Assembly: GCA_964016885.1 (NCBI GenBank) | Contig: OZ024745.1 | Location: 33,480,001 to 33,544,000 of the forward strand | DNA: 64,000 bases | Source of the DNA: Eledone cirrhosa | Taxonomy: Eukaryota | Direction: 5' to 3' | Shown: positions 15,001 to 24,730 of the stretch, piece after piece | Layout of the letters: every line of letters starts with the position of its first letter | How positions within the stretch are numbered: the first letter of the stretch is position 1 | The notes under the pieces: generated by a model | What the model was told of the DNA's origin: nothing | Seen by the model: only the letters and a program-made list of their open reading frames with translations | Databases searched by the model: none | Translations under genes and position numbers: made by a program

Positions 15001-18000
15001 TTAACACCTACGGGGACTGGACCAAAGTCAGAGTTAACATCTACGTGGACTGGACCAAAGTGAGAGTTAACATCTATGTGGACTGGACCAAAGTGAGAGT
15101 TAACATCTATGTGGACTGGACCAATGTGAGAGTTAACACCTATGTGGACTGAACCAAAGTGAGAGTTAACATCTATGTGGACTGGACCAAAGTGAGAGTT
15201 AACATCTATGTGGACTGGACCAAAGTGAGAGTTAACACCTACGTGGACTGGACCAAAGTGAGAGTTAACACCTACGTGGACTGGACCAAAGTGAGAGTTA
15301 ACACCTACGTGGACTGGACCAAAGTGAGAGTTAACACCTACGTGGACTGGACCAAAGTGAGAGTTAACACCTACGTGGACTGGACCAAAGTGAGAGTTAA
15401 CATCTACGTGGACTGGTCCAAAGTGAGAGTTAACATCTATGGGGACTGGACCAAAGTGAGAGTTAACATCTACGTGCACTGGACCAAAGTGAGAGTTAAC
15501 ATCTATGTGGACTGGACCAAAGGGAGAGTTAACACCTACGTGGACTGGACCAAAGTGAGAGTTAACATCTATGTGGACTGGACCAAAGTGAGAGTTAACA
15601 TCTACGTGCACTGGACCAAAGTGAGAGTTAACATCTATGTGGACTGGACCAAAGGGAGAGTTAACACCTACGTGGACTGGACCAAAGTGAGAGTTAACAT
15701 CTACGTGCACTGGACCAAAGTGAGAGTTAACATCTATGTGGACTGGACCAAAGTGAGAGTTAACACCTACGTGGACTGGACCGAAGTGAGAGTTAACATC
15801 TATGTGGACTGGACCAAAGGGAGAGTTAACATCTACGTGCACTGGACCAAAGTGAGAGTTAACATCTATGTGGACTGGACCAAAGTGAGAGTTAACATCT
15901 ATGTGGACTGGACCAAAGGGAGAGTTAACACCTACGTGGACTGGATCAAAGTGAGAGTTAACACCTATGTGGACTGGACCAAAGGGAGAGTTAACATCTA
16001 CGTGGACTGGACCAAAGTGAGAGTTAACATCTATGTGGACTGGACCAAAGGGAGAGTTAACATCTATGTGGACTGGACCAAAGTGAGAGTTAACATCTAT
16101 GTGGACTGGACCAAAGTGAGAGTTAACATCTATGTGGACTGGACCAAAGTGAGAGTTAACATCTATGTGGACTGGACCAAAGTGAGTGTTAACATCTACG
16201 TGGACTGGACCAAAGTGAGAGTTAACATCTACGTGGACTGGACCAAAGTGAGAGTTAACATCTATGTGGACTGGACCAAAGTGAGAGTTAACATCTATGT
16301 GGACTGGACCAAAGGGAGAGTTAACACCTACGTGGACTGGATCAAAGTGAGAGTTAACACCTATGTGGACTGGACCAAAGGGAGAGTTAACATCTACGTG
16401 GACTGGACCAACGTGAGAGTTAACATCTATGTGGACTGGACCAAAGTGAGAGTTAACATCTATGTGGACTGGACCAAAGTGAGAGTTAACATCTATGTGG
16501 ACTGGACCAAAGTGAGAGTTAACATCTATGTGGACTGGACCAAAGTGAGAGTTAACATCTACGTGGACTGGACCAAAGTGAGTGTTAACATCTACGTGGA
16601 CTGGACCAAAGTGAGAGTTAACATCTACGTGGACTTGACCAAAGTGAGATTTAACATCTACGTGGACTTGACCAAAGTGAGAGTTAACATCTATGTGGAC
16701 TGGACCAAAGTGAGTGTTAACATCTACGTGGACTGGACCAAAGTGAGAGTTAACATCTACGTGGACTGGACCAAAGTGAGAGTTAACATCTACGTGGACT
16801 GGACCAAAGTGAGAGTTAACACCTATGTGGACTGGACCAAAGTGAGAATTAACATCTATGTGGACTGGACCAAAGTGAGAGTTAACATCTATGTGGACTG
16901 GACCAAAGTGAGAGTTAACACCTACGTGGACTGGACCAAAGTGAGAGTTAACACCTACGTGGACTGGACCAAAGTGAGAGTTAACATCTATGTCGACTGG
17001 ACCAAAGTGAGAGTTAACATCTACGTGGACTGGACCAAAGTGAGAGTTAACATCTATGTAGACTGGGCCAAAGTGAGAGTTAACACCTATGTGGACTGGA
17101 CCAAAGTGAGAGTTAACATCTATGTAGACTGGACCAAAGTGAGAGTTAACATCTATGTGGACTGGACCAAAGTGAGAGTTAACACCTACGTGGACTGGAC
17201 CAAAGTGAGAGTTAACACCTATGTAGACTGGACCAAAGTGAGAGTTAACATCTATGTGGACTGGACCAAAGTGAGAGTTAACATCTATGTGGACTGGACC
17301 AAAGTGAGAGTTAACACCTATGTGGACTGGACCAAAGTGAGAGTTAACATCTACGTGGACTGGACCAAAGTGAGAGTTAACATCTACCTGGACTGGACCA
17401 AAGTGAGAGTTAACATCTATGTGGACTGGACCAAAGTGAGAGTTAACACCTACGTGGACTGGACCAAAGTGAGAGTTAACATCTATGTAGACTGGACCAA
17501 AGTGAGAGTTAACACCTATGTGGACTGGACCAAAGTGAGAGTTAACATCTACGTGGACTGGACCAAAGTGAGAGTTAACATCTACGTGGACTGGACCAAA
17601 GTGAGCGTTAACACCTACGTGGACTGGACCAAAGTGAGAGTTAACATCTATGTGGACTGGACCAAAGTGAGAGTTAACATCTACGTGGACTGGACCAAAG
17701 TGAGAGTTAACATCTATGTGGACTGGACCAAAGTGAGAGTTAACACCTATGTGGACTGGACCAAAGTGAGAGTTAACACCTACGTGGACTGGACCAAAGT
17801 GAGAGTTAACACCTATGTGGACTGGACCAAAGTGAGAGTTAATACCTATGTGGACTGGACCAAAGTGAGAGTTAACATCTATGTGGACTGGACCAAAGTG
17901 AGAGTTAACATCTACGTGGACTGGACCAAAGTGAGAGTTAACATCTATGTGGACTGGACCAAAGTGAGAGTTAACACCTATGTGGACTGGACCAAAGTGA

Positions 18001-19605
18001 GAGTTAACATCTATGTGGACTGGACCAAAGTGAGAGTTAACATCTACGTGGACTGGACCAAAGTGAGAGTTAACATCTATGTGGACTGGACCAAAGTGAG
18101 AGTTAACATCTACGTGGACTGGACCAAAGTGAGAGTTAACATCTATGTGGACTGGACCAAAGTGAGAGTTAACATCTATGTGGACTGCACCAAAGTGAGA
18201 GTTAACATCTACGTGGACTGGACGAAAGTGAGAGTTAACACCTACGTGGACTGGACCAAAGTGAGAGTTAACATCTATGTGGACTGGACCAAAGTGAGAG
18301 TTAACATCTATGTGGACTGGACCAAAGTGAGAGTTAACATCTACGTGGACTGGACCAAAGTGAGAGTTAACATCTATGTGGACTGGACCAAAGTGAGAGT
18401 TAACATCTATGTGGACTGGACCAAAGTGAGAGTTAACATCTACGTGGACTGGACGAAAGTGAGAGTTAACACCTACGTGGACTGGACCAAAGTGAGAGTT
18501 AACATCTATGTGGACTGGACCAAAGGGAGAGTTAACACCTACGTGGACTGGACCAAAGTGAGAGTTAACATCTATGTGGACTGGACCAAAGTGAGAGTTA
18601 ACATCTACGTGCACTGGACCAAAGTGAGAGTTAACATCTATGTGGACTGGACCAAAGTGAGAGTTAACATCTATGTGGACTGGACCAAAGTGAGAGTTAA
18701 CATCTATGTGGACTGGACCAAAGTGAGAGTTAACATCTATGTGGACTGGACCAAAGTGAGAGTTAACATCTATGTGGACTGGACCAAAGTGAGAGTTAAC
18801 ATCTACGTGCACTGGACCAAAGTGAGAGTTAACATCTATGTGGACTGGACCAAAGGGAGAGTTAACACCTACGTGGACTGGACCAAAGTGAGAGTTAACA
18901 CCTATGTGGACTGGACCAAAGTGAGAGTTAAGATTTATGTGGACTGGACCAAAGTGAGAGTTAACATCTATGTGGACTGGACCAAAGTGAGAGTTAACAT
19001 CTATGTGGACTGGACCAAAGTGAGAGTTAACACCTATGTGGACTGGACCAAAGTGAGAGTTAACATCTATGTAGACTGGACCAAAGTGAGAGTTAACATC
19101 TATGTGGACTGGACCAAAGTGAGAGTTAACACCTATGTGGACTGGACCAAAGTGAGAGTTAACACCTATGTGGACTGGACCAAAGTGAGAGTTAAGATTT
19201 ATGTGGACTGGACCAAAGTGAGAGTTAACATCTATGTGGACTGGACCAAAGTGAGAGTTAACACCTATGTGGACTGGACCAAAGTGAGAGTTAAGATTTA
19301 TGTGGACTGGACCAAAGTGAGAGTTAACATCTATGTGGACTGGACCAAAGTGAGAGTTAACACCTATGTGGACTGGACCAAAGTGAGAGTTAACATCTAT
19401 GTAGACTGGACCAAAGTGAGAGTTAACACCTATGTGGACTGGACCAAAGTGAGAGTTAACACCTATGTGGACTGGACCAAAGTGAGAGTTAAGATTTATG
19501 TGGACTGGACCAAAGTGAGAGTTAACATCTATGTGGACTGGACCAAAGTGAGAGTTAACATCTATGTGGACTGGACCAAAGGGAGAGTTAACATCTATGT
19601 GGACT
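1..19605. repeat. 33-bp tandem satellite, about 590 units, running off the left edge of the window
   Basis: Consensus CTGGACCAAAGTGAGAGTTAACA(T/C)CTA(T/C)GTGGA repeated head-to-tail without spacers. One HpaI site (GTTAAC) per unit. Rare 1-bp indels at ~2096, ~6651 and ~14195. Confidence 0.99.
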
Positions 19606-19870
19606 GGGTCAGGATGAGAATTAAGGGTTATGTGACTGGGTCAAGATGAGAATTAAGGGTTATGTGGAATGGGACAGGATGAAAGTTAAGGGTTGTGAGG
19701 ACTGGGATAGGATGAAAGTTAAGGGTTGTGTGACTGGACCAAAATGAAAGTTAAGGGTTGTGAAGACTGGATGAAGATGAAAATGTAGGAGTATGTGAAC
19801 TGGGCCAGGACACAATTTAAATGAAAACTGAGTCAGTATGAAAATAAAGGGCTAGGGTCAGGATAGAAAT
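19606..19870. repeat. Degenerate 32-33-bp units at the satellite edge
   Basis: Units such as GACTGGGTCAGGATGAGAATTAAGGGTTATGT and GACTGGACCAAAATGAAAGTTAAGGGTTGTG keep the same register and the GACTGG...GTTAA...TGTG motifs. Confidence 0.85.
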
Positions 19871-20079
19871 TCAGAAATCTTTGTAATACTGGTAACAGAG
19901 TATGAAACTGTGACACACCAGCTGCTCATGTATCACTCTCTAGTTTGGAGATTTAACCCCTCTAGTACTGGAGCCATAATAAGATGCACTCAGTACATTC
20001 AGTAACGTGGTTGGTGTTAAGAAGGGCATCCAGTGAGAGCAATCTTATAAGACATGGTCTCTTGACCTGCCTCAGAGTA

Positions 20080-20349
20080 CAGTCTAAAGTCTGTCTCAAG
20101 CGCTAAGGCTCACTAGGCTGGTGCTTATCTTGGTTTCCATAGCATGAAGTGACTGACAATATAAGATAGTATGTCAATTCATTTCAGGTTTAAACCTGGT
20201 AATTGCTGGTACTCATTTTCAGCTAAATATACTGGAGCAACATGAAGTGTTTTGCTCAAGAATACAACACACAGTCCAGTCCAGAAATCGAACCAATGAC
20301 ATTATGATCATAAGTCCAACACATTTACCACTAAGCCACATGCCTCCAC
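20080..20349 (-). mobile_element. tRNA-headed SINE with CORE-like body
   Basis: Reverse complement begins GGAGGCATGTGGCTTAGTGGT (A box) ... GGTTCGATTTC (B box) ... CTTGAGCAAAACACTTCATGTTGCTCCAG. Homologous to 60875-61128 and 27775-28025. Confidence 0.75.
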
Positions 20350-20490
20350 CTCAGACGACAGTGGATTTGATTAAATACTGACTTGGTTTGTAATGACCCT
20401 TTCAACCTATGTCAGCGTGGGAAAATGGACATAAAATGAAGATGATGATGATGATGTGCCAAATGTTAAAAATCAATAGGAAGGGAGACT

Positions 20491-20965
20491 TTAACCCTTT
20501 TATTACCATATTTCTAGTGAAATACACTGCCTATCATTTTCACAACCTTTTGAAAATAATGAACAATTTAGAGAGAATTAGTTAATTGACTTTTGCATTA
20601 TTAATCTGGTGTTTGGAGCATAGCTTAACAAAGGTTCTTACATAAAATTATGATGGAAGGTTTTGGGATAAATATGAGGGTCGGTTGAAAAGTTCATAGG
20701 CTGACTATGAAGGAGTGATGCTAGTGCTGTGAAATCTTGCCTGCATTAATTTCAACTCTTCTTATTAATAACAGCATTATTTTTTTCCAGGGACTCTGTT
20801 TGAAAAATAAACCTCATTTGATCATTCCATGAGAGTATCTTGGTCAGCCTATGAACTTTTCAGCTGACCCTCATATTTCTCCCAAAACCTTCCATCATAA
20901 TTTTACTTTAAAGTAAACAGCTTTGTACCAGAGAACCAGGGCAAATTTGATATCAAAAGAGTTAA
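20491..20965. mobile_element. Degenerate piggyBac-type MITE, interrupted by a mariner-type MITE
   Basis: TTAA|CCCTTTTATTACCA ... TGATATCAAAAGAG|TTAA: TTAA-flanked with imperfect TIRs. Related remnants at 22881-23103, ~29330 and ~48175. Confidence 0.65.
20673..20875. mobile_element. Mariner-type MITE
   Basis: TA-flanked TIRs TATGAGGGTCGGTTGAAAAGTTCATAGGCTGAC / GTCAGCCTATGAACTTTTCAGCTGACCCTCATA. A TAYGAGGG start is typical of mariner TIRs. Confidence 0.75.
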
Positions 20966-21957
20966 ATATATAAACTATGTGATATATTTTGAAATTATTT
21001 CCCATAAATGTCTAGATAGAAACGAGATTCTTACAGTCAAAGCTTTAATTTCTTTGATTAAATCATGTAATTATAAATATAGTTCCAATTAAAACAGAAA
21101 TGAATGCCCTCTTCACCCCATTCCTGCCTCTGCAATTAATAAATGACTGCAAAGCAATTATAATCTGTTGACGGAACAAAAGAGGTAAATTAATTGATGG
21201 GTGCTTTAATCACGAAAGGATGACAATAGAACGTGAGTGCAACTCATATGTTTGGAGTGACTAACAAAGAATATCATCCTATGCATGAAAATTATTTTGT
21301 CATTATATACATAGAGGGAGTAAATAATTGTCAATAAAAATGTAATTCACTCCCGTGATGATGTTTCTAAATGAGTTCTTTGTAATATGGAAGTGGTAGA
21401 ATGTTTTAGATTTGAATCTAAAATGCTATTGTTGAAATAACAGGGATTTGAATAAATGGCAACACGTTAATGTATAAAATAAAACAGCAATCATGGCAGC
21501 CATTTTTTTGTCTTGACCAGGTCCTATATATTATAGTAGAAGGGGTGTTAGCTTATATTTAGGCTCAATATTTTGACGATTTTCACCAACTTTAAATTCT
21601 GCGTAAATAAGGTTTAGATTTTTGCCCATTTCTCAGACATAAAATAATGGGCTGGCTTATATACAGTAAATGATGATTTAGGGAAACAATGTGTAATATG
21701 TAGTCTGGTTTGTAAAACTCTCATTTATCAAACAAAACATTTGATATAGCAATGTCTGTTTTTTTAAAACTATTTTTTAAAACTACTAATGTATGCTTGT
21801 AACTATAGTATATCAAATAGTATAACATTTTTATGTTTTAAACATTTACTCCTGTTGTGGGTCAGTAATTAGGCAATTGGTATGTTAAGTAAGCAATGTA
21901 TAATTAGGTTTGTAAAACTATACTATCTATTTAAAACATTTGATACACCAACATATA

Positions 21958-22168
21958 TTAACCCCTTTAGTGTTCAAACCGGCCAAAACCGGCCAGAATT
22001 CTCTATCTCTTTCTGTTGAAACTGGCTGTAACTGGTTGCTCAAACTTATGTTAAGGTATTGTTTTCAAAATAAATACTTTCAAAATCTCATAGATTCGAT
22101 ATTATGTGAGATAATTATGTGAGGTAGAGCCTTTACCATGAAAATATAATAGTATATATAAAATAATA
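21958..22168 (+). mobile_element. piggyBac-type MITE lacking its right TIR
   Basis: Starts TTAACCCCTTTAGTGTTCAAACCGGCC. Nearly identical to 32417-32610 and homologous to the complete copy at 32874-33102. Confidence 0.75.
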
Positions 22169-22232
22169 ATCATCACCATCATCATCGTTTAACGTCTATC
22201 TTCCACGCTAGCATGGATAAATGGGTGTTAAA

Positions 22233-22420
22233 TGGTGATGATGATAATAATGGTGATGATGATGATGATGATGATGATGATGGTGGTGGTGATGATGATG
22301 AGGATGATGGTGGTGTTGATGATAATGATGATGGTAGTGGTGGTGGTGGTGATTATGATGATGATGGTGGTGGTGGTGGTGATGATGATGATGATGGTGG
22401 TGGTGGTGATGATGATGATG
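22233..22420. repeat. (GAT/GGT)n compound microsatellite
   Basis: Trinucleotide run; source of the poly-His, poly-Asp and poly-Met ORFs in the track. Confidence 0.95.
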
Positions 22421-23569
22421 TTCTTGAGGTGAGTTGAAGATGAGAATATATTTATGAAGTTTTATTATTTCGATATTTAAAATATTTTGAGTGTCATTAA
22501 AGTATAGTTTCTGTTTCACAACTCCATTATGTATTGATTTTTTTAACCAATTTCTGACCATTTTGAAAGGCCATATTAATTAAAAACATACGCAAAACAA
22601 TAGGAAATATGAATTTCACATTGAAAGTGAAACCGGTGTAATATTCACCTCCAAAGCAAAAATATTTTAGCACCTCACTTATGTAGAATTTTGAAGTTTG
22701 TGAAAACTGGAAAAATATTGACCTTGAGTATAAGTACCCCCACCCCATTTTACCATTGATTCATTTTTTTTTCTGTCACATATTTCTTGGCTTATATACA
22801 AGTATATGTGGTGGTTTCATTTAGTTTTAGTTCAATCAGGTACTTTTCTAATCAATCTTGGAGATGAGGAAAAGGCTATGTTAACGATTTTGATACCAAG
22901 CTGATCAAAACTGGCTATGGTTGCCTGAAACAAAGCAAACCATTTTAGATGGTTCCTATTTAAATTTGAATCTTCCAACATAATTTATATAAGAAACATG
23001 TTAAGTTACTATCTTATTTAATAATTTCAATAAATCCTCAAAATCTTTCATCAATGAATTGAAACAGCATATATCATTAGAAATATGGTTACAGAAGGAT
23101 TAACCTATATGGTATTTGAATTCCTTTGCCTTTAAATGTATCAGAAGCTTGCATTAATTATAATTCATAATTTAATTCCAAAGAGAAGAAACTGGAATAT
23201 TTTTCTCTGAAAGTTCCTTAAATTCTGAAGAAGGGAATTTTAAGTCTTGGAATATTAGGACGAAAGAAACAACAGCAACAAAAAAACAAAAAAAAAAAGC
23301 AAAATAAAGATTACCAGGTAACTTACTTTTTTGTTACCTTCATCTTACCATCCTTTTTGCATTGTTTAGCCTTATATCACTTCCCACATTATATATTATA
23401 TATAATACTTCAAGTAAACTACAACATTTTATAATTCATGTTTCCTGACACTGGGTTAAACTCCAAAGTTAATTTCAAAACTATGCTATGAAGACATTTG
23501 TATAGCATTATTCTATTTCTATATTATCTTCTTGAGAAAAAAAGAAATTTAATCAGCAAAAGGAATCAG

Positions 23570-23915
23570 TTAATAATGGTTTCTGATTTAGGCATGAGGC
23601 CAACAATTTATGGGGAAGAGAAAGTCGATTAAATTGACCTCAGTGTATTACCGGTACTTGATTTTATTGACCCAGTAATACCAATACTGCCAATCCACTG
23701 CCCTGGAACTAGTTAATAGTGATTTCTATTTTGGGGGAAGGTAAAGTTGATTATATTGATTCCAGTACTTGATTGGTACTTTATTTTATCAACTCAAGAA
23801 GGAAGAAAGATAAAGTTGACCTCAGTAGGATTTGAACTAAAGAGCCAAAACTAAATGCTGCAACACATTTTGCCCAATGCTCTAATTATTCAGCCAACCC
23901 ACCACCCTGAACCAG
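23570..23915 (-). mobile_element. Two tandem degenerate SINEs of the GAGGTTAACTTTGCCTTTCATCC family
   Basis: Reverse complements match the 31302-32232 copies (AAAGTACC, GTCAATTTAATCGAC, GGCCTCATGCC). Confidence 0.7.
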
Positions 23916-23939
23916 TTAATGGTTTCTGACACAGTCACA

Positions 23940-24597
23940 TGAAAATGTGGGGGTCTAGTAGTTAAGACAATGGGCTCATGGTAGCAAGGTTATATGTTTG
24001 CTTCCTAGACAGTGTAGGAACACAGTTTATGTCTTTGAGCAAGGCACTTCATTTCATGTTGCTCCAGTCCACTCAACTGAAAAAATGAATATCAGCAAGT
24101 AGCATCAGCTGGAGGTTGCAGAGAATATCAGTAAGTAGCATCAGCTGGAGGTTGCAGTTGAATATCTGTAAGTAGCATCAGCTGGAGGTTGCAGTTGAAT
24201 ATCAGTAAGTAGCATCAGCTGGAGGTTGCAGATGAATATCTGTAAGTAGCATCAGCTGGAGGTTGCAGTTGAATATCAGTAAGTAGCATCAGCTGGAGGT
24301 TGCAGTTGAATATCAGCAAGTAGCATCAGCTGGAGGTTGCAGAGAATATCAGTAAGTAGCATCAGCTGGAGGTTGCAGTTGAATATCTGTAAGTAGCATC
24401 AGCTGGAGGTTGCAGAGAATATCAGTAAGTAGCATCAGCTGGAGGTTGCAGATGAATATCAGTAAGTAGCATCAGCTGCAGGTTGCAGTTGAATATCTGT
24501 AAGTAGCATCAGCTGGAGGTTCCAGTTGCTTAATGCCACATGAAACTGGGGTTAGCTCCAGTCTTATGAGCGTCTATACTAAAGAAAGACTTTAACT
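23940..24597 (+). mobile_element. CORE-like SINE carrying an internal minisatellite
   Basis: Decayed tRNA head, then CTTTGAGCAAGGCACTTCATTTCATGTTGCTCCAGTCCACTCAACTG. The SINE 3' part resumes at 24522 (CCAGTTGCTTAATGCCAC). Confidence 0.7.
24087..24527. repeat. 36-37-bp minisatellite, 12 units
   Basis: GAATATCAGTAAGTAGCATCAGCTGGAGGTTGCAGTT repeated 12 times. Confidence 0.95.
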
Positions 24598-24730
24598 AAT
24601 ATAATAATAATAATAATAATGAAATTATTGTGTACAGTGCTCAGGTGCACTACAACTCATCAAAGGTGCATGTATAGTACATAGAATAATGTACAAATGT
24701 CAGGAAAATGAACAGTGTATGAGTCATGAT
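24598..24730 (-). mobile_element. 3'-end fragment (~130 bp) of a second CR1/L2-type LINE subfamily with (ATT)n tail
   Basis: Closely matches the 3' end of the 36038-38010 copy (CAAAGGTGCATGTATAGTACATAGAATAATGTACAAATGTCAGG) rather than the adjacent LINE. Confidence 0.85.

Noticed and set aside
1-19605. CRISPR-like array (33-bp repeats)
   Set aside because: Units abut directly with no unique spacers; no cas genes; eukaryotic context.
11-19649. Giant ORFs of 696-2513 aa as real CDS
   Set aside because: They arise from a 33-bp unit that is a multiple of 3; both strands are open, indels and stops are tolerated, and there is no ATG/UTR or splice context.
19620-19760. TTAAGGG as telomeric repeat
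   Set aside because: It is not TTAGGG, occurs once per 32-33-bp unit, and is not tandem.
22208-22561. Poly-His, poly-Asp and poly-Met ORFs
   Set aside because: Translations of a (GAT/GGT)n microsatellite.
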